Source: Solirubrobacteraceae bacterium (lineage in GTDB: Bacteria; Actinomycetota; Thermoleophilia; Solirubrobacterales; Solirubrobacteraceae). Taken from it: a stretch of DNA of 64,000 nucleotides. Both the position numbers and the translations under genes were made by a program. The first letter of the stretch is position 1, and each line of letters opens with the position of its first letter. The stretch is from assembly GCA_045805545.1 (NCBI GenBank), contig JBJMLD010000112.1, positions 210 through 64,209 of the forward strand. Reading direction: 5' to 3'. A model generated the notes under the pieces. It made no database searches and was not told where the DNA came from. It saw only the letters and a program-made list of their open reading frames with translations. Below are positions 17,228-26,888 of the stretch, in pieces.

Positions 17228-19009
17228 ATGTCACGCTCACGTTGGGCGTTGGCTGGGCGTTGCCTGCTCGACGATGCCGTTCGACACGGCTCGTGGATGC
17301 GGCCCAGGCTCGTGCACCGGGTCCGCTCTGGGCAACCGCGCCTGAATGCCAAAGGCCCCTCGACGCTGTGCCTGGTCTGGCTGGCCTCCGCGAGCCTGCC
17401 GATCATGGCGCTCGTTCCCGCGACTGCTCTTGCCGCGACGCGCAATCAGCCGATCGCGAAGACCAGCGGGCAGGTCAAGCAGGACTCACAACCGCGCGAC
17501 GGTCTGCCCGTCTCGACGAGTCACAGCCGCCGAGTGAGGCTGGTGCATCGCCACACAAGCTCATCAACCCCTCGCCTCATGGCAACCGTGCTTCTGGCCG
17601 AAGGCAGTGGCTACGGGAGCGCCGACGGCTCGTCGCTCGTCCGGGCGCTGCAGCGCCGGCTGATAGCCACGGGCACGCACCCGGGGCCGGTCGACGGGCG
17701 GTACGGCCCGCAGACGGAGCGCGCGGTACAGCGCTTCCAAGCCGAGCACGGCCTGCTGATCGACGGGATTGCTGGGCACCAGACAATCGCTGCGTTGACG
17801 CAGCGCATCGCTCCGGTGAAACCCGGCGCGGGTTACAAAGTGGGCGGGTCCCACGCCGTACGGGGCCTGCAGCGCGATCTGCGCCGTGCGGGGTCCTCGC
17901 CCGGTCGCGTCGACGGCGTTTATGGGCCGCTGACCGAGAGAGCCGTGCGTCGCTTCCAGGCGGCCCACGGTCTGCATGTCAACGGCGTGGCTGGTCCCCG
18001 GACGCTCACCGCGCTGGGCAGGCACGGCCACCAGCCCCGCAGCCATGGCCAGCAGACGGCCAGGCGGGGTCACGCACATCGCCGCTTGCACCGCCGACCG
18101 AGCCCGCCCCGGGCGCGGCCTCGGCCGACCCGAGGGCACCCGTCGCGCCGTGGTGCGCCGACGCAGTTCGTACGTCCCGCGGTCCGCGGAGGAGCCTCGG
18201 CGACGGAGTGGGTTGAAGTATTGAGCGCACTGGGACTAGGGCTCCTGGCTGCCGGGTGGTACTGGCGGCGACGTCCCACCACGCCGACGGCTGCTTCACC
18301 CGCAGCGGCAGGCACCGGAGCAGCGGCGGCGGTGCTGGAGCATCACGCCGACCGCTCCGCTCCGGCACACGAAGTAGGAGCGATGAGCGCCGAGACGGCC
18401 TACCGGGTCGACGCTTCGCTCGGTGACGCGGACGCCGCTTTCCGGCTCGGAGTGCTGCTCGAGGAGCGGGGCGACCTAGCCGGCGCCCGTGGCGCCTACG
18501 AAGCCGCGGACGAGCGCGGGCATACCGGTGGGGCGTCGAACCTGGGGGTCCTGCTGGCCGAGGCGGGTGATCTGGCCGGCGCCGCTGCCGCATACCGCCG
18601 GGCGGATGAACGGGGTGACGCGAATGCCGCGTTCAATCTCGGTGTTATGTCGGAACAGGAGGGTGACACGACCGGCGCGTGCGCGGCCTACCGGCGTGCG
18701 GACCAGCGCGGTCATGCCGAGGCGGCAGCGAACCTCGGTGTGCTACTGGAGCAAATGGGTGACGTAGCCGGGGCAAAGGCAGCGTATGGCCGTGCGCGGC
18801 AGCGAGGCGACGCCAACGGCGCCGTCAATCTCGGCATGCTGCTGGAGGAGCATGGCGACCTCCCGGGTGCACGGGCGGCTTATCGCGAAGCCGTCCAAAG
18901 CCACCGTAGCGAGGTTGCGCAGCTGGCTCGCAAGGCCCTGCGCGAGCTCCGTTCTGACGGGGACGGCCAGCAGGGTAACGGGGCGAGGAGGGGTCGCGAT
19001 GCGAGCTGA
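17228..19009 (+). CDS. peptidoglycan-binding-domain membrane protein with C-terminal Sel1/TPR-like repeats
   Basis: Two PG_binding_1 domains (VDGxYGPxTERAVxRFQxxHGL), one TM (VLSALGLGLLAAGWYW), five 32-aa repeats (AAxNLGVLLxxxGDxAGAxAAYxRAxxRG). Confidence 0.85.
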   Translation: MSRSRWALAGRCLLDDAVRHGSWMRPRLVHRVRSGQPRLNAKGPSTLCLVWLASASLPIMALVPATALAATRNQPIAKTSGQVKQDSQPRDGLPVSTSHSRRVRLVHRHTSSSTPRLMATVLLAEGSGYGSADGSSLVRALQRRLIATGTHPGPVDGRYGPQTERAVQRFQAEHGLLIDGIAGHQTIAALTQRIAPVKPGAGYKVGGSHAVRGLQRDLRRAGSSPGRVDGVYGPLTERAVRRFQAAHGLHVNGVAGPRTLTALGRHGHQPRSHGQQTARRGHAHRRLHRRPSPPRARPRPTRGHPSRRGAPTQFVRPAVRGGASATEWVEVLSALGLGLLAAGWYWRRRPTTPTAASPAAAGTGAAAAVLEHHADRSAPAHEVGAMSAETAYRVDASLGDADAAFRLGVLLEERGDLAGARGAYEAADERGHTGGASNLGVLLAEAGDLAGAAAAYRRADERGDANAAFNLGVMSEQEGDTTGACAAYRRADQRGHAEAAANLGVLLEQMGDVAGAKAAYGRARQRGDANGAVNLGMLLEEHGDLPGARAAYREAVQSHRSEVAQLARKALRELRSDGDGQQGNGARRGRDAS

Positions 19010-19133
19010 TGGATGCGTCACCGGGCAGCGACCTCGCGGCGCAGACACTGACGTGTCACCGGCAGGTGACCCGTCGGCGCGGACACGTTTGCGTGGCACC
19101 TTCCCTGGAGGGACCGGGGGCTTAGGGAGGGAC

Positions 19134-20081
19134 GTGCAATTGGAGAACATCCACCCCCTGAGGCTGCGGCTGCTGCTGGCGATCGAGCGGACCGGATCGA
19201 TATCGGCCGCGGCGACGGAGTGTGCGATCGGGCAGCCGTCCGCGTCGATGCACCTTCGGGGCCTCGAAACGGCGATCGGGCAGCGCTTGGTCCTCCGCAC
19301 TCACGGTGGGAGCATGCTGACGCCGGCCGGTCGCGTCGTCGCCTCGCACGCGGCTCGTGTCCTGGCGACGCTCGACGGCATGCTCAGGACCCTGAACACA
19401 CGCGACGGCGGTGAGCTGAGCCTGAGCGCGAGCCTCAGCGTCGCCGTCGGCTTGATCCCGGGGCTCCTACGGCGGTTCTCTGACCGTTACCCCAGCGTCA
19501 ACGTCAGGCTCCGGACGCTGCCAAGCCAAACCGTCGTCCAGGAGATCATCCGGGCGGCGGCGGACATCGGCATCGCCGCCGACGTCCCGGTGACGGACGG
19601 GCTGGAGCGACGCGAGCTCTTCATCGACGAGCTCGTCGGAATCGCTCCTAGCGGGTTGGTCGGCGCCAATGGCTGCACCATCAGTCTCGGCGAGCTCGCG
19701 CGAAACAGCCTCCTCGTGGGGGCTGAAGGGTCGAGTACACGGGCGGCGACCGAGCGCTACCTGACTCGGGCGGATTTTCGCCCGACCCGACTGTGGGTGT
19801 TCGACTCATACGTGACGATCAAACGAGCCGTTGCCGAGGGTCTCGGCGTCAGCTTCACGTCGCGCCGTCTGGTCGATGCCGAGGTTCAACGCGGGGAGCT
19901 GTCGACGTTCCGGGTCTGGGGTGTCGGTGCAATGACGCGTCAGATGTATGTCGTGCAATCGCCGCAGCGAGAGCCGACCGCATACAGCCAGGCGTTCACG
20001 ACGATGCTGGTAGCCGCGGCCATGCCGGGCGGCGCTAACGAAGAGAGGAGTCACGCAATCGAGCGCATGGGTGAAATGTGA
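19134..20081 (+). CDS. LysR family transcriptional regulator
   Basis: GSISAAATECAIGQPSASMHLRGLE..LTPAG HTH; EGSSTR and IKRAVAEGLGVS (CysL/CmpR-like); GTG 19134 has a GGGAGG SD. Confidence 0.9.
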   Translation: MQLENIHPLRLRLLLAIERTGSISAAATECAIGQPSASMHLRGLETAIGQRLVLRTHGGSMLTPAGRVVASHAARVLATLDGMLRTLNTRDGGELSLSASLSVAVGLIPGLLRRFSDRYPSVNVRLRTLPSQTVVQEIIRAAADIGIAADVPVTDGLERRELFIDELVGIAPSGLVGANGCTISLGELARNSLLVGAEGSSTRAATERYLTRADFRPTRLWVFDSYVTIKRAVAEGLGVSFTSRRLVDAEVQRGELSTFRVWGVGAMTRQMYVVQSPQREPTAYSQAFTTMLVAAAMPGGANEERSHAIERMGEM

Positions 20082-20243
20082 CACCACAGTAAGGATGGCT
20101 CCATTTCGGTTCACGATGGCACCATCAGGACATGTAATGAGATATCGGCAGTCATACACAGGTTTGGGCTAGTTCAGAACGACTTTGTGAGGTTAACTCG
20201 TCGCTGAGACGTCACCGATTGTCACCGACACGATCAGGAGCGG

Positions 20244-22328
20244 ATGGCTGGCTCGTTGGCAGAATCGTGCCACGGAGAAGCACGGGTGTTGCGTGTGCGC
20301 CTGCTCGGCGGGTTCCATGCCGAACGCACGGATTGTCACGCGGCAGTCTCGAACTGGCAGCGGCGCTCCGCAAAGAGCTTGATCAAGTTGCTAGCGGCGC
20401 ACCGCGGACACGCGCTGCATCGCGAGCAGGTACTCGAGCTACTGTGGCCGAACGTCGACGCCGACGCGGCGCTGAACGGCCTTGGCAAGGCACTCCATGC
20501 CGCTCGGCGGGCGATCGAGCCAGAGTTGGCGCCCCGTCAAACCTCCCGGTATCTGAGATTGACGGACTCGATGCTGGCGCTCGACGGCGACAACGTCGCA
20601 GTCGACGTCGATCGATTTGAGCACCTAGCCACGATTGCCTTGCGTTCTCATGACCTCGCCGCGTACGAGTCTGCGCTCGACGCGTACGGGGGCGTGCTGC
20701 TTCCGGAGGACCGGTATGAGGATTGGTGCTCGGAGCGCCGGGAGTTTGCGGCGGAGCTCCGCCGGCGGCTGTTGCTCGCCTTGGCCGATGTGCTCGAGGA
20801 GCGCGGCGCGCTCGCAGAGGCCACCGTGCGGTTGCGGGAAGTGCTCTACGAGGATGCGTCGAGGGAGGACACGCACCGGCGGCTGATGCGTTTGTACGCC
20901 GCGATGGGCATGCCCGATCAAGCGGCCCGCCAATTTCATGTGTGCGAAGAGGCTCTTCGTCGCGAGCTCGACTTCGCCCCCCAGCAGGAGACGATCTCGC
21001 TCTACGAGGATCTGCTGGCGAACCGGCCAAGCGCGAGCGCGCAGGCCCGCGAAGGGGGGCCTGGGCGGATCGAGGTTCGTCGCTCATCGCCAGCCGCTCC
21101 GGAGCGAGCCTGCGATCCGGCATTCGTAGGTCGCGAGCAGATCCTGGACTGGCTGAGCACCGAGCTGCTGGGCAAGCAGCTGGAGACGCCGGGGATGATC
21201 GTCCTCAGCGGCGAGGCCGGAGTCGGAAAGACGCGCCTACTGCGCGAGTTTGCCAGGAGCTCGGCCGAACGCGATGCTGTGGTGCTGTGGAGTGGCGACG
21301 GCGCCCACGCCAGGCGTTTGGCCTACGGTCCATTTGCCTTGGCATTGGAGGGTTACGTGGCGAGCCGCTCGGAGGCCGAGCGGGATCGGCTGTCGGCTCT
21401 GCATCCGGCGCTGGCAGCGCTGGTCCCGTCACTCGGGGACGGGCTCAGCACTCCGGTGAGCGAGTCTGAGGATCGTCATCTCGCCTTAGCGGTCGCGATC
21501 GTGCGCTTGCTCAGCGAGCTCAGCCGCGACCGGCCGTTGCTGCTGGTGCTGGGCGATCTGCACGACGTCGACCCGGCCAGCCTCGACCTGCTCTGCTACC
21601 TCGCGCATCTCGCCAGGCAGCGCCGGTGGTTGATCGTCGGGGCGTTGCGAGCCGAGGAGCTGGAAATCGGCGGCGGCCTTCACCATCTGATCGAGGAGAC
21701 GAGACGCGACCAGCTGTGCCACATCGTCGATCTTCCGTGCCTGACACGCGACGAATGCGGCCGTCTGGTGGCGGCCATGCTCACGGGGGATCGCTTGGAC
21801 GAGGAAAGGGTTGAGCAGATCCACGCCTGCTCGCGAGGCAACCCGCTGTTCGTTGCCGAGCTCGTCGGGCAGTTGCGCGAGCCGCGCGAGGGACCCGTCG
21901 ATGGTGAACAGACCCCGGCCGCCGGTCAGGTGCCCGCCCGAGTGAAGGAGCTCGCGAACATCCGGCTGGCGGCGATGGGTGAGCCCGCACGGCGCGTGAT
22001 CGAGTTGGCCGCGACCGTCGACGCGCACGAGATCTCGCTCGGCACGCTGCGGGCTGCGGCGGCCGCATTGGATCCGCCGGTCTCGAGCGCCGCCCTGTAC
22101 GACGCGCTCGACTGTGCGATCCACACGCGCCTGCTGGAAGAACGGTCGGCCGGCTACGCCTTCCGGCATCCGCTCGTCCGCTTTGCCGTGGACGAAAGCC
22201 TTTCCCATCATCGCCGGGACCAACTCCGCAGGGCACTGAGGCCGGCGCGGACGAGGGGCACCGCGGAAGTGGCTCGGAAGAGCACTGGAAGCCCGGGCGC
22301 TCATCCTTTGCCCAGGCGGCCTGCCTGA
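20244..22328 (+). CDS. SARP/AfsR-like regulator (wHTH, BTAD, AAA ATPase)
   Basis: LRVRLLGGF, VDVDRFE, REDTHRRLMRLYA (BTAD), Walker A GEAGVGKT, GNPLF, FRHPLVR; lacks the C-terminal TPR/LuxR region often present. Confidence 0.88.
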   Translation: MAGSLAESCHGEARVLRVRLLGGFHAERTDCHAAVSNWQRRSAKSLIKLLAAHRGHALHREQVLELLWPNVDADAALNGLGKALHAARRAIEPELAPRQTSRYLRLTDSMLALDGDNVAVDVDRFEHLATIALRSHDLAAYESALDAYGGVLLPEDRYEDWCSERREFAAELRRRLLLALADVLEERGALAEATVRLREVLYEDASREDTHRRLMRLYAAMGMPDQAARQFHVCEEALRRELDFAPQQETISLYEDLLANRPSASAQAREGGPGRIEVRRSSPAAPERACDPAFVGREQILDWLSTELLGKQLETPGMIVLSGEAGVGKTRLLREFARSSAERDAVVLWSGDGAHARRLAYGPFALALEGYVASRSEAERDRLSALHPALAALVPSLGDGLSTPVSESEDRHLALAVAIVRLLSELSRDRPLLLVLGDLHDVDPASLDLLCYLAHLARQRRWLIVGALRAEELEIGGGLHHLIEETRRDQLCHIVDLPCLTRDECGRLVAAMLTGDRLDEERVEQIHACSRGNPLFVAELVGQLREPREGPVDGEQTPAAGQVPARVKELANIRLAAMGEPARRVIELAATVDAHEISLGTLRAAAAALDPPVSSAALYDALDCAIHTRLLEERSAGYAFRHPLVRFAVDESLSHHRRDQLRRALRPARTRGTAEVARKSTGSPGAHPLPRRPA

Positions 22329-22406
22329 CGGTCCGCCCAGGACACAGATCGTCATCGGTAGTCCCCGGCGCGGCCTGCACCAGCTCGCGCAGGGTGACGC
22401 AGCGAC

Positions 22407-25400
22407 GTGGGAAGGCGCGTGGAGAGGACTACAGGCGACAATCGCATGGGCAGCCAAGCCGAAGGAGCAGGGCAAACAAGACTTCGGCACGGCACACATG
22501 TCGGCGTGCGCCCGCGCGGTGCGTTGCAGCTCGTGGGCCAGGAACACGTTCCCGCCACCGAGACGACACGCTCCGAGTCCGCGCCGAGCCAGCGGCCGGA
22601 CCGACGCACGCTTCACCTTTCACTGACCACGCTGCTGGCTCTCGCGGCGATGATCGTGCCCGTCGCCGTCGCGATCGACCTCGTCTCGCCGCTGTACGCG
22701 GCGTACACCGGCGTCTCGGTCGTGTTGCTGGCGATCGCCATGACCACGCTGGTCTGGATGCTCGATGCCTGGCGGACCCCCGGCTCGCTGGCGACGAGCC
22801 GTCTGCGCGCCGGGGGACGCGCGCCGGCGCACTCTTTCTCGCTGATCGTCCCGGCCAGACACGAGGACGCTGTCCTTGAAGTAACCCTGTCGCGGCTGAT
22901 CGAGAGCGACCACCCGGCGTTTGAGGTGCTCGTTGTGGTCGGCGTCGACGACCCGCGCACCCGCCAGGTGGCCGAGCGCGTCGCCGCAGCGCATCCGCGG
23001 CTCGTCAGGGTGATCGTCGACGACAGCTGGCCGAAGAGCAAGCCGAAGGCGCTCAACGCCGCGCTGCCGCACTGCACGGGCTCGATCGTCGGAGTATTCG
23101 ACGCCGAAGACGACGTCCACCCTGCGCTCCTGCGTCGAGTCGACGACTGCTTGCAGTCGACGGACGCCGACATAGTCCAGGCGGGGGTCCAGCTGATGAA
23201 TTTCCGCTCCAGCTGGTTGACGGTTCGCAACGTCCTCGAGTACTACTTCTGGTTCCGCAGTCGACTGCACCGGCACGCCCGGCAGCGCTTCATCCCACTC
23301 GGCGGGAACACGGTCTTCGTCCGCACCGCCGTGCTCGAAGCCGTGGGGGGTTGGGATCCCGACTGTCTGGCGGAGGATTGTGAGCTCGGCGTGCGGTTAA
23401 GCGCGCTCGGAGCGCACACCGCCGTCTTCTACGAGCCTGAGCTCGTGACACGCGAGGAGTGCCCGCCGACGCTGGGTGCGTTCGTCCGGCAGCGAACCCG
23501 CTGGAACCAGGGCTACCTGCAGACGCTCTCCCGTGGCCACTGGCGAAGACTGCCGCTCGGGCAGCGCATGCTGGGTGCATACATCCTTGGGATGCCGTTC
23601 CTGATGGCACTCGCGTGGCTGCTGATACCGGGCGCGCTCATCTCTGCTCTGGCGCTGAAGGCTCCCGTCGGAATCACGTTGGTGTCGTTTCTTCCGCTCG
23701 TCGCGACCAGCTCGATCCTGCTGATTGAAATCGCCGCGCTCGGGGAGTTCGGCCGCGAGTACGGCGAGCGCCCGTCCCGGCGCGATTACGTTCGGTTGGT
23801 ACTCGGCTTTCCTCTGTACCAGCTGGTATTGACCTACGCGGCGGCGCGCGCGGTCATGCGCGAGCTGCGCGGTGCCAGAGGCTGGGAGAAGACGACGCAT
23901 CTCGGGCTGCACCTGCCGCAGATGAATGTTCGCCAGGCACTACCGGTTCGACCCGTGGTGGGTCCGGCGGGACGGATGCGGCACGGTCGACGGTCGACGG
24001 TAGGCGTGGGAGAAGGGCGGCGGTGGGCGGCCGGCGATCGCCTAACGCCTGAAATGGCCAGTCCGAATGCCACCCATTCCGAGTCGAGGGATCGCGTCAA
24101 GGCCGTCGGTGGAGGACCGCTGTGGCTGCGGATGGCGGCCGCCGGCGCTGATGGCTCGAGCGCCCTGTCGCTACCCAGCATTGGGATCGGTCGACGGTTC
24201 GGGGATCCACTGGCCGATCTCGGTTCGCTTATCCGCCGCCTGGGCGGCGTACGCGTCGATCTGATCGTTCAGGCGGCCTTGCTCGCTGTTGTTGCTGTCG
24301 TGCTGAGCACGAACCTCCTGCACTGGCCTAACGCGCAGTTCGACGAGGGCACGTACGTCGGCAACGCGTGGGCGGTCCAGCACGGCGTGCTATCGCCATA
24401 CACCTACAGCTACGGTCATCCGCCGCTCGCCTGGCTTGCCATCTTCCTGTGGAGCGCGCTGCCAGGGATCTTCGGGCGCGCGAGCTTCTCGATCGACGGA
24501 GCGCGAGTGCTGATGGTCGTCGTATCCCTGGTCAGTTCCTCGCTGGTGTACACGCTCGCCCGGCGCATGCAGCTGGGCCGAGCCTTCGCTGCCGCCGCGG
24601 TGGTGGTGTTCGCGCTCTCGCCGCTCGGGATCTTCTACCACCGCGCGGTACTGCTCGACAATCCGTCGACGGCGTGGGCCCTGGGCGCCTTCGTCCTGGC
24701 GCTCACGCCCCAGCGCCGGCTGTGGGCTTTCGCGGCCAGCGGAGCGTGCTTCGGGGCGAGCGTTCTGTCCAAGGAAACGAGCTTCATCCTCCTCCCGCCG
24801 CTTGTGATCGCGGCTGCGATGAACGCGGACAAGCGGACGGCGCGCTACTGCATCACGCTGTTCGGCACCTTCCTTGCGGTGATCGTGCTCTCCTATCCGT
24901 TTTACGCGATCCTCAAGGGCGAGTTGCTACCGGGCCGCGGCCACGTGAGTCTGGTCGGCTACACGATCGTTCAGCTGTTCACTCGCCAGGGGACCGGCAG
25001 CGCCTTCGACGCCTCCAGCCAGACCCACGCGATCATCGCCTCCTGGCTGAACTTGGATGCTTGGCTGCTGTTCGCCCCGCTAGTGCTGTTGCCGATAGCG
25101 CTCATGCGCCGCAGCACTCGCGCCGTCGCGCTCGCCCTCGCGCTCCAGGTCGCGATGGTGCTCCGACCGGGATACCTGCCGAACATGTACGTCATCGGAC
25201 TGCTCCCGTTTGCGGCCCTGACCGTGATGGGAGCCCTCGACGCGTTGTGGCGTCTCGCTGGCGAGACGGTGTCCGGATGGCGTCGAGGGATGCACATCAC
25301 GCTCCTTGTCGCGCTCATGGCGGCGGCGGCGATGGCCTGGGGTGACGGTGCCCTGAGGACCGATCGCCAGGCAATGACCGTCGCGCAGGACGTTCCCCGG

Positions 25401-25784
25401 CGGGCGGCAGAGCGCTGGCTCGTCGGGCACATGAGCCGCAGCAAGCGGCTCATTGTCACCGACGACGTCTGGATCTACCTGATCGAGCACGGCTTCGATG
25501 CGCACAAGATGACGGGTGGCTTCTACTCGCGGACCATCGTGTCGTACTGGCCGCTCGACTACGACCCGGCCGTCAAGAAGCACTTCCCGGGAGGTTGGCG
25601 CAGCTTCGACTACATCGTCGTCAACCAGGACATGCGGGTCACGATGCAACAGACCCCAAGCGCCGCCCAGGCCGTGGCGCACTCACGCGTGATCGCGAGG
25701 TTCGGTGGCGGATCGCAGCTGGTTGAAGTGCGCGCGATCAGCCCAGCTCCCGGCGCTCACGCCGGCGCCCGTGCGAGCGGGTAG
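22407..25784 (+). CDS. GT2 (cellulose-synthase-like) glycosyltransferase fused to GT-C (ArnT/PMT-like) membrane glycosyltransferase
   Basis: GT2: KPKALN, FDAED, LAED, RQRTRW, WEKTTH. GT-C: FDEGTY, YGHPPL, LLDN, LSKE plus many TMs. Start uncertain (22407 or 22446). Confidence 0.85.
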   Translation: MGRRVERTTGDNRMGSQAEGAGQTRLRHGTHVGVRPRGALQLVGQEHVPATETTRSESAPSQRPDRRTLHLSLTTLLALAAMIVPVAVAIDLVSPLYAAYTGVSVVLLAIAMTTLVWMLDAWRTPGSLATSRLRAGGRAPAHSFSLIVPARHEDAVLEVTLSRLIESDHPAFEVLVVVGVDDPRTRQVAERVAAAHPRLVRVIVDDSWPKSKPKALNAALPHCTGSIVGVFDAEDDVHPALLRRVDDCLQSTDADIVQAGVQLMNFRSSWLTVRNVLEYYFWFRSRLHRHARQRFIPLGGNTVFVRTAVLEAVGGWDPDCLAEDCELGVRLSALGAHTAVFYEPELVTREECPPTLGAFVRQRTRWNQGYLQTLSRGHWRRLPLGQRMLGAYILGMPFLMALAWLLIPGALISALALKAPVGITLVSFLPLVATSSILLIEIAALGEFGREYGERPSRRDYVRLVLGFPLYQLVLTYAAARAVMRELRGARGWEKTTHLGLHLPQMNVRQALPVRPVVGPAGRMRHGRRSTVGVGEGRRWAAGDRLTPEMASPNATHSESRDRVKAVGGGPLWLRMAAAGADGSSALSLPSIGIGRRFGDPLADLGSLIRRLGGVRVDLIVQAALLAVVAVVLSTNLLHWPNAQFDEGTYVGNAWAVQHGVLSPYTYSYGHPPLAWLAIFLWSALPGIFGRASFSIDGARVLMVVVSLVSSSLVYTLARRMQLGRAFAAAAVVVFALSPLGIFYHRAVLLDNPSTAWALGAFVLALTPQRRLWAFAASGACFGASVLSKETSFILLPPLVIAAAMNADKRTARYCITLFGTFLAVIVLSYPFYAILKGELLPGRGHVSLVGYTIVQLFTRQGTGSAFDASSQTHAIIASWLNLDAWLLFAPLVLLPIALMRRSTRAVALALALQVAMVLRPGYLPNMYVIGLLPFAALTVMGALDALWRLAGETVSGWRRGMHITLLVALMAAAAMAWGDGALRTDRQAMTVAQDVPRRAAERWLVGHMSRSKRLIVTDDVWIYLIEHGFDAHKMTGGFYSRTIVSYWPLDYDPAVKKHFPGGWRSFDYIVVNQDMRVTMQQTPSAAQAVAHSRVIARFGGGSQLVEVRAISPAPGAHAGARASG

Positions 25785-26888
25785 GTGCCCGTGCGATCCG
25801 GCGCGTCCTGCCTGTGGCGTTGGCGCGCCCTTCTCGGCGTGTCGCGGCAGTGGCGCTCGCGCGGGGCACGACATGCCCGTTGGCTGGCCGTGCTGTGCAC
25901 GATCGCCACCCTTGGCGCCGCCGGCTGTTCAGGCGGACCGCTGGCCGTGCACGTGGCGGGAAACCGACTCGTCGATTCGCAGGGGCACGCGCTGCGACTA
26001 CTCGGCGTCAACAGGTCCGGCGGCGAATATGCATGTGTTACGGGGATCGGGTTCTTCGCCGGGCCGACGGATCGGCTAGCCATCGCCGCCATGGCCTCGT
26101 GGCACATCAACGTGGTTCGCGTGCCGCTCAACGAGCAGTGCTGGCTGGGCATCAACGCGACACATCCGCGTTACAGCGGCGCTCGCTACCGACGAGCAGT
26201 AGGCCGGTACGTGGCCCGCTTGCAACGTGCCGGCATGTACATCGTGCTGGACCTGCACTGGAACGCGCCGGGTCGGAACGTGGCCGCCGGCCAGGAGCCG
26301 ATGGCGGATCTCGACCATGCCCCCGCCTTCTGGGCGTCGGTGGCTCGGCGCTTCAAGCGCGACCCGGCGGTCATATTCGATCTCTACAACGAGCCGCGGG
26401 ACATCTCTTGGACGTGCTGGCGCGACGGCTGCGTGCTGCCCCAGGGTTGGCGCACGGCCGGGATGCAGGCACTCCTCGAGGCGGTGCGATCAACGGGCGC
26501 GCACCAGCCCGTAATCGCGTCCGGGCTCGGGTCCGGAAACGATCTGTCGCAGTGGATGCGATACCGCCCGCGCGATCCAGCCCACCAGCTGGTGGCGGGC
26601 TTCCACGCGTATGGCCAGCTCGGATGCGCCGCGCGCTCATGCTGGGATGCGCAACTCGGGGCCGTCGCGCGCTCGACGCCGGTGATCACGACCGAACTGG
26701 GCGAGCTCGACTGCTCGCATGTGTTCACAGATCAGTTCATGAACTGGGCCGACTCGCGAAGCCTCTCCTACCTCGGCTGGAGCTGGAATCCGTCCGGCTG
26801 CAAGTCGCCGGCGCTGATCGAGTCGTGGAACGGAACGCCGTCAGCGTACGGCCGGGGTCTGCGCTCCCATCTCCTGAGACTTGGCTGA
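25785..26888 (+). CDS. GH5 endoglucanase-like glycoside hydrolase, probable lipoprotein
   Basis: GVNRSGGEYAC, VRVPLNEQCW, LDLHW, acid/base LYNEP, nucleophile TTELG; lipobox-like AAGC. Confidence 0.9.
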   Translation: MPVRSGASCLWRWRALLGVSRQWRSRGARHARWLAVLCTIATLGAAGCSGGPLAVHVAGNRLVDSQGHALRLLGVNRSGGEYACVTGIGFFAGPTDRLAIAAMASWHINVVRVPLNEQCWLGINATHPRYSGARYRRAVGRYVARLQRAGMYIVLDLHWNAPGRNVAAGQEPMADLDHAPAFWASVARRFKRDPAVIFDLYNEPRDISWTCWRDGCVLPQGWRTAGMQALLEAVRSTGAHQPVIASGLGSGNDLSQWMRYRPRDPAHQLVAGFHAYGQLGCAARSCWDAQLGAVARSTPVITTELGELDCSHVFTDQFMNWADSRSLSYLGWSWNPSGCKSPALIESWNGTPSAYGRGLRSHLLRLG

